Assembly (NCBI GenBank): GCA_043775965.1
Contig: JAYVRZ010000234.1
Location: 41,061 to 105,060 of the forward strand
Direction: 5' to 3'
Source of the DNA: Sphingomonas sp.
GTDB taxonomy: Bacteria; Pseudomonadota; Alphaproteobacteria; Sphingomonadales; Sphingomonadaceae
Length of the DNA: 64,000 bases
The number at the start of each line of letters is the position of its first letter. Positions within the stretch are counted from its first letter, which is position 1. The position numbers were made by a program, and so were the translations under genes. Below are positions 32,484-42,173 of the stretch, piece after piece. The notes below the pieces were generated by a model. The model was not told the origin of the DNA and did not search any database. It worked only from the letters and a program-made list of their open reading frames with translations.

Positions 32484-35092
32484 GGGCGGAACTCCCGGGC
32501 GAGCGTTCGCACGTCCGCGGCTGAGATACAGGTCATCGCCGCGGCGGCATGCGCGCGGCAGGCGTCGATTGTGAGCGTCGCGACCAGCGCCTTGATCTCG
32601 GGGACGAGCGCTGGCGCCGACGATAATTCGGTGACGCCGAGGCCGATCAGGATCGGTACCGCGAGTGGATCGGAGGCGAGGCCACCACAGACGCCGGTCC
32701 ATTTGTCGTGCACCGCGCCGCCTTCGCAGGTGCGCGCGATCAGGCGGAGGACGGCGGGGTGGAGCCCGTCGAGGTCGCTGGCGACCGCCGGGTTCCCGCG
32801 GTCCATCGCGAGCGCATACTGCGTCAGGTCGTTGGTGCCGATCGAGAGGAAGTCGGCTTCACTCGCGAGCAGGTCGGCGGTAATCGCGGCGGCGGGCGTC
32901 TCGATCATGATGCCGAGCGCGACGTGCTCCGTGTGCCCGATCGCGGTGGCAGCGGCGTCGAGCGCGGCGCGGACGGCGCGCAGTTCGGCGAGGCTCGCGA
33001 TCATCGGCACCATGATGCGGCACTGGCCGGCGGGACGGACCGCGAGGATCGCGCGCAACTGTGCGTCGAGCATTTCGGGGTGGGCGAGGCCGACGCGGAT
33101 GCCGCGCAGGCCGAGCGCCGGATTCTCTTCCGCCGCGATCGGGAGGTACGGCGCGGGCTTGTCGCCGCCGATGTCGAGCAGGCGGACGATCAGCGGCCGG
33201 CCGTCGAGCGTGTCGGCGATGCGCTGGTAGTCGGCAGTCTGTTCCGCGACGCTCGGCGCGCTGTCGCGTTCGAGGAACAGGAATTCGGTGCGCAGCAGCC
33301 CGCAGCCTTCTGCGCCGTTGCGGACCGCAGCCTCGGCGTCGTTGGCCGAGCCCAAATTGGCGAACGCTTCTATGCGGACGCCGTCCTGCGTGCGGCATTC
33401 GCGCGCGGCGTTGGCGAGGGCAGCGCGGCGGCGTTCGGTTTGCGCGTCGAACGCGGTTTGGGCGGTCGCCAGCGTCTCGGGATCGGGGGCGACGTGGAGC
33501 AGGCCGGCGCCGGCGTCGAGGATCAGGGGCGTACCCGCGACGATCTCGGCAAGCGCGGGACCGACCGCGACTAGAGCAGGCAGGCCCATCGTCGCCGCCA
33601 GGATCGCGACATGCGAGGTCGGCCCGCCGCGCTCGACGCAGAAGCCGACGATCGACGCGGTGTCGAGACCGAGCAGGTGCGAGGGGAGCAGGTCGTCCGC
33701 CAGCAGGATCGTGCCGGGCGGGAAACTCAGACGCTCGTCGAGGTCTTCGCCGGCGAGCGCGCGCAGCACCTGGCGTTCGAGATCGAGCATGTCGTCGGCG
33801 CGCTCGGCAAGGCGCGCGTCGCCGGTCGCGCGCAATGCGTCGGCCTGCGCGCGGATCGCGGTGCGCCATGCAAAGGCGGCACTGTCGCTGGCCGCGATCG
33901 CCGCGTCTGCGGCGTCGGTCAGCGTGGGATCGTCGAGCAGGGCGGCGTGCGCGGTCAGGATCGCGCGTTCGGCGCCGGTCGCGGTCGCCGACCTGGCGGC
34001 GAGGCGCGCGGTGATCGTGGCGAGCGCGGCGCCGAGGGCTGTGCGTTCGGTGGTCGGGTCCGCGCCTTCGCGAACGACGGCGATCTCGGCGAGGCGGAAG
34101 AGGCCGGCTTGGCCGATCGCGATGCCGGGGGAGGCGGTGACGCCGGGGAGGCGGCCGTCGGCTGGCAAGGTCGCAACCTTCGCAACCGCTCCTCGCTGTT
34201 CCCCCGCGAAGGCGGCGGCCCAGGACCAAGCAGCGCTATCGTTCGTGGCTCCTGGACCCCCGCCTGCACGGGGGAACAGGGAAGTGGCAGCACCGGCAAT
34301 CGCGCCAGCCTCCGCCTTCTCGCCCATGCCACCCAAGATCAGATCGCCGATCGCGGCTAGCGCTTCGGCCGCATCGGGTCCGGTGGCCGAGATCAGGATC
34401 TCGTCGCCCAGCTTCACGCCGAGCGCCATCAGCGCGACCGGGCTGCGGACGTTGCCGTTGCGCCGGTTCAGATCGACGGCGTCGTCCTTCGACATCGTCA
34501 CGTCGGCGACGAACGTGCGCGCGACCTCGCCGATGCGCGCGGCGGGGCGGGCGTGGATGCCGTGCACGAGCGGCACGACGATCGTGCGGCGTACCGTGTC
34601 GCCCTCGACGATCGCGATGTCGGCCATGTCGTCGCGCGGCTCGATCGTCATGATGGTTTCGCCGACGCCGACCAGGCGGCCCGTCTCGCGGCGGACGATC
34701 TCGAAGCGTTCGGGGTTGGTGACGATCACCGGGGTAATCACCGCGCGCGCTTCGCAGACCAGCAGGTCGAGATCGAAATCGATCAGCGGGTCGCCGCGCT
34801 GGACGGTCGTGCCTTCGCTCACGCACGGGCTGAACCCGCGGCCGCCCAGCGCGACCGTGTCGAGACCGATGTGCATCAGGATCTCGGCGCCTTCCGGCGT
34901 GCGCAGCGTGATCGCGTGGCCGCTGGCGTGGACGCTCAGCACCACCGCGTCGCACGGTGCGTGCAGGCAATCGCCGATCGGGTCGACGGCGATCCCGTCG
35001 CCCATCATCCGTTCGGCGAAGACCGGGTCGGGGACCGCCTCGAGAGGCGATGCCCAGCCCTGGAGGGGCGACGTCAGGATGATGGGGTTCAT
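32480..35092 (-). CDS. nagF: Multiphosphoryl transfer protein EIIA-HPr-EI
   Basis: EIIA (VPDPVFAERMMGDG, HIGLDTVAL), HPr (GIHARPAA), EI (GGPTSHVAIL, GLLRTEFLF, DIGGDK, NPALGLRGIR, SIGTNDLTQY). Confidence 0.93.
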   Translation of the reverse strand: MNPIILTSPLQGWASPLEAVPDPVFAERMMGDGIAVDPIGDCLHAPCDAVVLSVHASGHAITLRTPEGAEILMHIGLDTVALGGRGFSPCVSEGTTVQRGDPLIDFDLDLLVCEARAVITPVIVTNPERFEIVRRETGRLVGVGETIMTIEPRDDMADIAIVEGDTVRRTIVVPLVHGIHARPAARIGEVARTFVADVTMSKDDAVDLNRRNGNVRSPVALMALGVKLGDEILISATGPDAAEALAAIGDLILGGMGEKAEAGAIAGAATSLFPRAGGGPGATNDSAAWSWAAAFAGEQRGAVAKVATLPADGRLPGVTASPGIAIGQAGLFRLAEIAVVREGADPTTERTALGAALATITARLAARSATATGAERAILTAHAALLDDPTLTDAADAAIAASDSAAFAWRTAIRAQADALRATGDARLAERADDMLDLERQVLRALAGEDLDERLSFPPGTILLADDLLPSHLLGLDTASIVGFCVERGGPTSHVAILAATMGLPALVAVGPALAEIVAGTPLILDAGAGLLHVAPDPETLATAQTAFDAQTERRRAALANAARECRTQDGVRIEAFANLGSANDAEAAVRNGAEGCGLLRTEFLFLERDSAPSVAEQTADYQRIADTLDGRPLIVRLLDIGGDKPAPYLPIAAEENPALGLRGIRVGLAHPEMLDAQLRAILAVRPAGQCRIMVPMIASLAELRAVRAALDAAATAIGHTEHVALGIMIETPAAAITADLLASEADFLSIGTNDLTQYALAMDRGNPAVASDLDGLHPAVLRLIARTCEGGAVHDKWTGVCGGLASDPLAVPILIGLGVTELSSAPALVPEIKALVATLTIDACRAHAAAAMTCISAADVRTLAREFRP
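34196..34279. repeat. REP/REPIN-like palindrome inserted in frame inside nagF
   Basis: 30-bp arms CTGTTCCCCCGCGAAGGCGGCGGCCCAGGA and TCCTGGACCCCCGCCTGCACGGGGGAACAG (26/30 complementary), 84 bp total; related to the intergenic copy at 61219-61273. Confidence 0.8.
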
Positions 35093-35096
35093 GGCG

Positions 35097-36248
35097 TTAC
35101 GTCCTGCCTGCGACCAATTGGCCGCCGATCCAGGTGCCCGCGGGCCTCAGGTCGGCGGTAAGTGCGACCCAGTCGGCGCGCAGACCGGTGGCGAGTGCGC
35201 CGCGTTCATGACGCAGACCGAGGAACGCGGCGGGGTTGGTCGCCGCCATTCGCGCGGCGGTCGGCACGTCGGCATGGGTGCGCGCGACGAGATTGCGGAC
35301 TGCGCCGGCCATGTCGAGATCGGAGCCCGCCAGCGTCCCATCCTCGCCGAAGCACTTGCCGTCTTCGACATGGATCAGGCGCCCTTGCAGGCGGAAATCC
35401 TTGTCGACCGCACCGACCGACGGCATCGCGTCGCTGACCAGCATCAGCCGGTCGTGCGGGCGCGCGTTCATCGCGAGGCGAAGCGCCGCGTCATGGACGT
35501 GGAGACCATCGGCGATCAGTCCGCAATAGACTAGGCGATCGTCGAGCGCGGCGCCGACCACGCCCGGTGCACGGTGCAGCAGCGGCGACATCGCGTTGAA
35601 CAGATGCGTGATGCCGGTCAGGCCTGCGCCGACCGCTTCGACGATCGTCTCGTAATCGGCGTCGGTATGGCCCGCGCTAACGATCACGCCGCCCGTGACG
35701 AGGCGCGCGATCGAGGCGGAATCGGTCAGTTCGGGGGCGAGCGTCACCATCACGCGGCCCTTGCGCGGGCGGATCAGCAATTCGATCATCGCCTCGTCGA
35801 GCAGCCGGAATTTGGCAGGATCGTGGATGCCTTTCCGCAACACGTTGATGCACGGGCCCTCGATATGCGCGCCGACCACGCCCGGCACGCCGGCAAGAAT
35901 CGCGGCATCCATCGCGTCGAGAGTCGCCTCGATCACGTCGGGCGTGTCGCTGATCAGCGTCGGCATGAACGCGGTCGTGCCGTAGGGCGCATGCGCCGCG
36001 CCGATCGCGGCGATGCCGTCGACGGTCGGCTGGTCGTTGAGCAGCACGCCGCCACCACCGTTGACCTGCGTGTCGATGAAGCCGGGGACGAGCCAGCCGC
36101 CCCCCAGGTCGATCGCATTGGCCGGGTCGCCGTCGAGCGCGCTGATCGAGACGATCCGGTCGCCCTCGACCGTGATCGTCGCGCCGTTCAGCAGAGTGTC
36201 CTGGGTAACGATCGTGCCGTTGGCGATCTGCATTTGGAGACTGCTCAT
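35097..36248 (-). CDS. nagA: N-acetylglucosamine-6-phosphate deacetylase
   Basis: PGFIDTQVNGGGG, AHIEGP, GHTDA, THLFNAM, IADGLHV, LVSDAM, LAGSDLDM. Confidence 0.95.
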   Translation of the reverse strand: MSSLQMQIANGTIVTQDTLLNGATITVEGDRIVSISALDGDPANAIDLGGGWLVPGFIDTQVNGGGGVLLNDQPTVDGIAAIGAAHAPYGTTAFMPTLISDTPDVIEATLDAMDAAILAGVPGVVGAHIEGPCINVLRKGIHDPAKFRLLDEAMIELLIRPRKGRVMVTLAPELTDSASIARLVTGGVIVSAGHTDADYETIVEAVGAGLTGITHLFNAMSPLLHRAPGVVGAALDDRLVYCGLIADGLHVHDAALRLAMNARPHDRLMLVSDAMPSVGAVDKDFRLQGRLIHVEDGKCFGEDGTLAGSDLDMAGAVRNLVARTHADVPTAARMAATNPAAFLGLRHERGALATGLRADWVALTADLRPAGTWIGGQLVAGRT

Positions 36249-37297
36249 ACCGTCCGGGTCACCTTGCTCAGGTGGAGCGGCGCGTCGGGGTCCAGGCCGC
36301 GACGGAGCGACAGGGCATTGGCCATCCGGTAGAAGCTCTGGATCATGAGGATCGGCTCGATCGCGGGGTGCGCGGTGAACGCGGCGGGATCACTGCCGCC
36401 GTTCGCCTTCGCATCGGCAAGGCAAACGCGGGCGCCGCGGGCGGCGAACTCGGCCGCCGCCTCGCGCACGCCGTCGCCGGCCGCGTCGGAGGTGGCGAAC
36501 GCGATTACCGGGAAGCCGTCGTTGACGATCGCCATCGGCCCGTGGCGGACTTCGGCGGCGCTGAACGCCTCTGCATGAAGCGCGCAGGTTTCCTTCAGCT
36601 TCAACGCCGCTTCCTGCGCGATGCCGTAGCCATAGCCGCGACCGATCACGAACAAATTGTTGGCGTCGGCGAGCGCATCGACCACCGACGTCCAGTTCGC
36701 ACCGAATGCGAGTGTGAGCATGTCCGGCAGCGTATCGACCGCGTTGGCGAGCGCGTCGTTTTGCGACCACGCTGCCGTCAACGCCGCAAACGCCGCAAGC
36801 GCGCAGATATAGGATTTGGTCGCGGCAACCGATCGCTCGGGGCCAGCCTTCAACGCGATCATCGTATCGGCCATTTCGGCAAGCGGCGACGTTTCGTCGT
36901 TCACGAACGCGACGACGTGCGCGCCGGCTTTCTGATAGGCGGACACGGTGGCGAGCAGATCGGGGCTGCGACCACTTTGCGAGACCGCGATCACAAGCGC
37001 AGTGCCGGGGGCCATCGGTGCCGCGTATACCGACGACACCGATGGCGCAGCCGACGCGACGGGCACGCCGAGCAGCGTCTCGATCAGGTATTTGCCGTAA
37101 GTCGCTGCGTGATCGGACGAGCCACGCGCGCAGGTCACGACCACGGCCGGCGGCGCGGCGCGGAGACGCTCGCCGAGCGTCGCCAGCGCGGTGTCATTGG
37201 CGGCAAGCAGCCGTGCGACCGCGTCGGCGGATTCGGCGGCTTCGCTGTACATCAGCGTCGGCGACGATGTGGTGGTCGCGGTGATAGTCTCGGTCAC
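36245..37297 (-). CDS. nagB: Glucosamine-6-phosphate deaminase, SIS-domain type (NagB-II)
   Basis: ARGSSDHAATY, SQSGRSPDL, AGPERSVAATKSY, EAALKLKET, SAAEVRHGP, HLSKVTRT; GTG start 37297. Confidence 0.9.
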   Translation of the reverse strand: MTETITATTTSSPTLMYSEAAESADAVARLLAANDTALATLGERLRAAPPAVVVTCARGSSDHAATYGKYLIETLLGVPVASAAPSVSSVYAAPMAPGTALVIAVSQSGRSPDLLATVSAYQKAGAHVVAFVNDETSPLAEMADTMIALKAGPERSVAATKSYICALAAFAALTAAWSQNDALANAVDTLPDMLTLAFGANWTSVVDALADANNLFVIGRGYGYGIAQEAALKLKETCALHAEAFSAAEVRHGPMAIVNDGFPVIAFATSDAAGDGVREAAAEFAARGARVCLADAKANGGSDPAAFTAHPAIEPILMIQSFYRMANALSLRRGLDPDAPLHLSKVTRTV

Positions 37298-37331
37298 GGT
37301 AAGCCCCCCGGCCGGCGCCCGTGCGCCGGCG

Positions 37332-38069
37332 TCAGATGTCGTTGAGTTCGGCGACGAGATCGTACGCGTCGCCACGGTAATAGGATTGCGTGAATTCGGC
37401 CGCCCGGCCGTCACGCAGGAAGCCGCGGCGTTCGATGAACAGGCCGGCATGGCCCGCATCGACGCCGAGCATCTTGGCATGCTCCGGGCTGAAATGGACC
37501 GCGCGCAGGCGTTGCAGCGCCCGCACCGGACGATTGCCCGCCGCTTCGAGCGCTTCGTACAGCGAGTCCTCGACCGCATCGATCGAGGGCAGGCAATATC
37601 CCGCGATCGTCGAATATTCGAGCGCCATCGCGCTGTCGTCGGCGTAGCGGATCCGCTGGAACCGGTAGACGGCCGAGCCCGGCGAGAGCCCGAGCGACAG
37701 CGATTCCTCGGGCGTCACCATGCCGATCGTGCGGCTGACCCACGCACTGCTCGGAGTCCGCCCGCGCGACTGCATGTCCTCGGAGAAGGACGACAGCTTC
37801 GAGAAGTTCTTCTCGACGCGGGTCGCGACGAACGTGCCTGCACCACGGCGGCGGGTCAGCAGGCCTTCCTCTACCAGTCCGCCGATCGCTTTCCGCACCG
37901 TGATGCGCGAAATGTCGTATTCGACGGCGAGGTCGCGCTCGGCGGGAAGCGCATCGTCCTTGGCCAGCACGTTGCGATTGATCGCATCGCGGATCAACTG
38001 CTGGAGTTGGACGTACAACGGCGCAGGATTGCCATCCCGGAACCTGCCAATGCTCGCTGAAAAGGACAT
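37332..38069 (-). CDS. nagQ: GntR/HutC-family regulator of GlcNAc utilisation
   Basis: PLYVQLQ, LPAERDLA..ISRITVRKA..L..EG, RGAGTFV, UTRA-type C-terminus (SLYEAL, YRGDAYD); position in the nag operon. Confidence 0.85.
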   Translation of the reverse strand: MSFSASIGRFRDGNPAPLYVQLQQLIRDAINRNVLAKDDALPAERDLAVEYDISRITVRKAIGGLVEEGLLTRRRGAGTFVATRVEKNFSKLSSFSEDMQSRGRTPSSAWVSRTIGMVTPEESLSLGLSPGSAVYRFQRIRYADDSAMALEYSTIAGYCLPSIDAVEDSLYEALEAAGNRPVRALQRLRAVHFSPEHAKMLGVDAGHAGLFIERRGFLRDGRAAEFTQSYYRGDAYDLVAELNDI

Positions 38070-38146
38070 GAAGGCGACTTTCGAAGGTGCCGGCACGAAC
38101 TCCACGAGAAGGCGGGCAGGCAGCGGATGATGGATACGTTATGAAT

Positions 38147-38153
38147 TGGTATT
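38147..38153. promoter_or_regulatory. NagQ-type operator unit TGGTATT
   Basis: Exact TGGTATT in the AT-rich gap between cutC and nagQ. Confidence 0.4.
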
Positions 38154-38155
38154 GT

Positions 38156-38920
38156 TCAAGCGGCTTGACGATCGAACTGACTTAGAACCGTTTTAAGCGC
38201 GCGAACCCGTCCGGCATCGGTGTGACGACGACCCGGTGCCGTGAACCCGAAACGATGCTCGCGCGACTCTGCACCGGACGTCGCGGAGCCGCTCGCGGTG
38301 CCGCAGGATGCGTGAAGTTCCTGGATCCCTGCGTCGAGAAAGCGTGGCGCGTTGGCCGCATCTATCCCGCTGCCGGCAAGGATGACGATGCGTCCGTCGG
38401 CGCGGTGATGCAGCGCCGCGAGTGTCGCCAGGCCGTCGATCGCCTTGGGTTCGCCGCCCGACGTCAGGACGCGATCGAAGCCCAGCGCTATAGCGGTATC
38501 GAGCGCATCCTCGAGGACGGGGCACAGGTCGAAGGCGCGATGCAGCGTCAGCGAAAGGCGCGATTCCCGTCCCTGGCCCAGCGTCGCGGCATGCGCGACC
38601 AGATGCGCCAGCAGATTGGTATCCAACGTATAATCGCTGGCGCTGGCGCCGATGACGACACCCGCGAGCCGGGCCTCGGCGGCGGCGGACATGTCCGCGG
38701 CGATCATGTCGGCCTCGCGGGCCGTATAATGGAACCCGCCTTCACGCGGACGGACGAGCATGTGGACCGGTATCGGGGCGGCTCGCGCTGCGCCGATCAG
38801 CGAGGGTGCTGGGGTGAGGCCGCCCAGCGACCGTGCCGCGCAGAGTTCGATGCGATCCGCTCCGCCTGCGACGGCCGCGTCGAGTCCGGCGATGTCGTCT
38901 ACGCAGATCTCCAGAGTCAT
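38156..38920 (-). CDS. cutC: CutC-family TIM-barrel protein
   Basis: LEICVD, GADRIELC, GGLTP, VRPREGGF, TLHRAFD, RVLTSGG, LAGSGI, ELHAS. Confidence 0.93.
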   Translation of the reverse strand: MTLEICVDDIAGLDAAVAGGADRIELCAARSLGGLTPAPSLIGAARAAPIPVHMLVRPREGGFHYTAREADMIAADMSAAAEARLAGVVIGASASDYTLDTNLLAHLVAHAATLGQGRESRLSLTLHRAFDLCPVLEDALDTAIALGFDRVLTSGGEPKAIDGLATLAALHHRADGRIVILAGSGIDAANAPRFLDAGIQELHASCGTASGSATSGAESREHRFGFTAPGRRHTDAGRVRALKTVLSQFDRQAA

Positions 38921-39013
38921 CGCCTCGCCTTCGATTGGTCGTAATTATATTACGTCTGGCCGATCGACTCGTGTCCTTCAACGATTAATTGGCAGTGGGC
39001 GAGCAAGAAAAGC

Positions 39014-39220
39014 CAATACCGCTTTTCGCGTGACGCATGGCGATCGGCAAGTGGGCTGAGTGCGGAAAACAGCCTAAGTCACTGGTATCCCTTGGCGTTT
39101 CGCATGTCGCGAATGATGCGGCGATCGTAACGGAAATGTAATTTTCCGATAGATTCCCCAAACAAATTGGTTATACGTTGTCGATACCACGCAGCCGATT
39201 GAGTAACCAAAGCAGTACCA
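39014..39220. promoter_or_regulatory. Divergent promoter region with multiple TGGTA(T)-like NagQ units
   Basis: CAATACC (about 39014), TGGTATC (39083), TGGTTAT (about 39168), ATACCA 39184, TAACCA 39204 and GTACCA 39215 in an AT-rich spacer. Confidence 0.5.
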
Positions 39221-39301
39221 GGCGGCGAGGGGATCGAAGCGGCGCGGACGGTATCCGGGTCGAGGGTGGCGCTTCGGCGTCGATGGGAAGGGGCTTTGAC
39301 A

Positions 39302-42109
39302 ATGATTTTCCGGAAGCAGATATTGCTCGCATCGAGTGCGGCCATATTCGGGCTCGCACCGTTCTCCATCCACCCCGCCGCAGCGCAGGACGCGCCGGCC
39401 CCCTCGGCAGCACCCGCCGGCTCCCCCGCTAACTCCGACGCACAGGTCGCAGCCGAGGGCGACGACAAGGACATCGTCGTCACCGGTATCCGCGGCAGCC
39501 TGCGCAGCGCGATCGCGGTCAAGCGCAACGCCAATGCGGTCGTCGACGTGATCTCGGCCGAGGACATCGGCAAGTTCCCCGATCGCAACGTCGCCGAATC
39601 CCTCTCGCACATCCCCGGCGTCAGCATCGATCGTCGCTTCGGCGAAGGCGAGAAGGTCGCGATTCTCGGCACCGATCCCGCGCTCAACCGCATGCTGCTC
39701 GACGGTCACGCGCTCGCCTCGGCCGACTGGGGCGGCAACGACAACGACCCGTCGAGCCGTACCTTCAACTATTCGCTGCTCGCCCCCGAGCTGGTCGATC
39801 GCCTCGAAGTCTACAAGTCGCCCGAGCCGCGGATCGAGGAAGGCAGTCTCGGCGGCACCGTCATCGTCCGCACGCGTCGCCCGCTCGACCTGAAGGCCAA
39901 CGCGATCTTCGCATCGGGTGGCTATTCGTACAACGACCGTTCGGACAAGGGTAATGTCCGCGGCTCGGGGCTGTATAGCTGGAAGAACGAGGACGAGACG
40001 TTCGGCGTCCTCGTCGCGGTCACCTACGACAAGCAGAGCCTCACGCGGGCGGGCGTCGAGTTCTTCGGCTACGACAACGTCGCACCGAATGCAGACGGCA
40101 CGTACAACAGCCCGTTCGTCAACCGCGCCGCCGATGGCACGCTGAGCCTCAAAAGCCCCGGCGCGACGATCACCGGCGGCACGATCGCCGACCTCTACAA
40201 GGCGGCGTCGCCGTTCGGCATCAACTACGCCTATTTCCAGCAGACTCGCGAGCGCAAGAGCGTGTCGGGAACGATGCAGTACCGGCCGACCTCCGACCTG
40301 ACGTTGACGCTCAACGGCGTGCACATCGACGGCAACTACAACAACTACAGTCAGTCGATGTACACGATCCCCGGTGCGTGGACCGGGGACGTGCTGCAGT
40401 CCGCCAACATCAGCAACGGCGTGGTCAATGCCGCCTCGTTCGGCGCGGCCAACAGCCAGAGCGCGCAGCTCGACACGCTGGTACGCAAAACCAAGCTGAA
40501 GACCGACAACCTCAATTTCTTCGCCGATTACGAAGGCGATGGCGGCGCCAAGGTGTCGTTCGCGGGTGGCTGGAGCAAGGCGACCGGCGGGCGTAACCCC
40601 GAATATCTGTTCAACGTGCAGACCAAGCTGCCCTACAGCTATGCGTTCACCGACACGACCGCGACGGTGAATTTCGTCGGCGACCAGACCAACCCGGCGA
40701 ACTATTTCACCAACCCCAACAACGGCGATGCGCAGATCGAAGGTCGTCCGGTCATTATCAACGGCACGGCACTGAACGCCGCGCAGATCGGCGGGCTCGA
40801 CTATAGCGTCACCACCGATCGCGACATCTTCGGTGGCTATGATGCGACGATCCCGGTCGAGTTCGGTCCGTTCACGCAGATCCAGCTGGGCAGCCGCGCG
40901 ACCGATCACGTCAACCGCGTCGATGCGCGTGGCATCAACACGTACCTCCAGACGTCGCAGACCATCGCGCAGCTTGGCGCGACGGCGCTCGTCACGCCCG
41001 ACGGCACGTTCGACGGCAGCGGCGGCCTCGGCAACGCGACGTCGTATCTGAACCTGCCGGAGCAGTCGGTGATCGACATCCTGTCGGGCGCGATCAACAG
41101 CCCGCTGGTGGCCAAGGTCGGTGCGTCGACCAAGGTGCAGGAGACGGTCATCGCGTCCTATGCACAGGCCGATTTCGACCAGGGCGGCTTCCGCGGCAAC
41201 ATCGGTGGTCGGCTGGTCTACACCCGCGATATCTCGAACTACGCGACGACGCCGAGCGCGGTGGTCAACCCGCAGCCGGTGCCGACGCGGACGACGACCG
41301 ATTACCTGAAGTTCCTGCCGAGCCTCAACATCGCCTATTCGGTCACCCCGACGGTGATCGTGCGCGGGGCGATCGCCAAGGTGATCTCGCGGCCGCGGTA
41401 CCAGGATCTGGCGGCAGCGACCTCGCTCAACGACGTGACGCTCGACGGCGGCGGCGGCAACCCGAACCTGAAGCCGTATGAATCGACCAACTACGAACTG
41501 ACCGCGGAATGGTATCCGCGCGCCGGCACGCTGTTCGCGGTCGAGCTGTTCCGTCGCGACATCAAGAACTACATCATCAACTTCCGCCAGGACGTCGAGT
41601 ATTTCAACGCGCTGCAGAACAAGATCACGACCTACAACGTCAGCCAGCCGATCAACGGCGCCAAGGCGAAGGTCAACGGCGTGCTGGTGTCGGGCCAGGC
41701 AGAGATCTGGGGCGGGTTCGGCCTGCAGGCGAACTATTCGTACCAGGACAGCAGCACCTCGTCGGTCGACGTCAGCGGCGCGGAGCTCAACCTTCCGTAT
41801 CTGTCGAAGCACACCGTCAACGTCATCCCCTATTTCGAGAGCGGGCCGTTCCAGGCGCGGCTGAGCTACAATTACCGCACCGCGTATTTCCGGACGATCG
41901 GTCGTCTGGGATCGCGAGAGATGGTGGCGCCGTACAACCAGCTCGATTTCTCGGCCGGGTTCAACGTGACGCCGGCGGTGACGCTGTCGGTCAACGCGCA
42001 GAACCTGCTCGATTCGACCTATCTCCAGTATAACGCGACGCCCGATCGCCCGACCGCGTTCTACAAGAACGGTCGTACCTTCTCGGCATCGCTGTCGTTC
42101 AAGATGTAG
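39302..42109 (+). CDS. TonB-dependent receptor (carbohydrate type)
   Basis: Start MIFRKQILLASS; DIVVTGIRGSL, ISAEDIGKFPDRNVAESL, EGSLGGTV, GNPNLKPYES motifs. Confidence 0.95.
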   Translation: MIFRKQILLASSAAIFGLAPFSIHPAAAQDAPAPSAAPAGSPANSDAQVAAEGDDKDIVVTGIRGSLRSAIAVKRNANAVVDVISAEDIGKFPDRNVAESLSHIPGVSIDRRFGEGEKVAILGTDPALNRMLLDGHALASADWGGNDNDPSSRTFNYSLLAPELVDRLEVYKSPEPRIEEGSLGGTVIVRTRRPLDLKANAIFASGGYSYNDRSDKGNVRGSGLYSWKNEDETFGVLVAVTYDKQSLTRAGVEFFGYDNVAPNADGTYNSPFVNRAADGTLSLKSPGATITGGTIADLYKAASPFGINYAYFQQTRERKSVSGTMQYRPTSDLTLTLNGVHIDGNYNNYSQSMYTIPGAWTGDVLQSANISNGVVNAASFGAANSQSAQLDTLVRKTKLKTDNLNFFADYEGDGGAKVSFAGGWSKATGGRNPEYLFNVQTKLPYSYAFTDTTATVNFVGDQTNPANYFTNPNNGDAQIEGRPVIINGTALNAAQIGGLDYSVTTDRDIFGGYDATIPVEFGPFTQIQLGSRATDHVNRVDARGINTYLQTSQTIAQLGATALVTPDGTFDGSGGLGNATSYLNLPEQSVIDILSGAINSPLVAKVGASTKVQETVIASYAQADFDQGGFRGNIGGRLVYTRDISNYATTPSAVVNPQPVPTRTTTDYLKFLPSLNIAYSVTPTVIVRGAIAKVISRPRYQDLAAATSLNDVTLDGGGGNPNLKPYESTNYELTAEWYPRAGTLFAVELFRRDIKNYIINFRQDVEYFNALQNKITTYNVSQPINGAKAKVNGVLVSGQAEIWGGFGLQANYSYQDSSTSSVDVSGAELNLPYLSKHTVNVIPYFESGPFQARLSYNYRTAYFRTIGRLGSREMVAPYNQLDFSAGFNVTPAVTLSVNAQNLLDSTYLQYNATPDRPTAFYKNGRTFSASLSFKM

Positions 42110-42117
42110 AATAGACC

Positions 42118-42145
42118 GGTGGCGCGCCGCCGTCGGCGCGCCACC
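42118..42145 (+). terminator. GC-rich hairpin after the TBDR (attenuator or mRNA stabiliser)
   Basis: GGTGGCGCGCCG/CGGCGCGCCACC perfect 12-bp stem with no U-tract. Confidence 0.5.
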
Positions 42146-42173
42146 CCGCGCCAACGGAGGCACGACGCCACGC

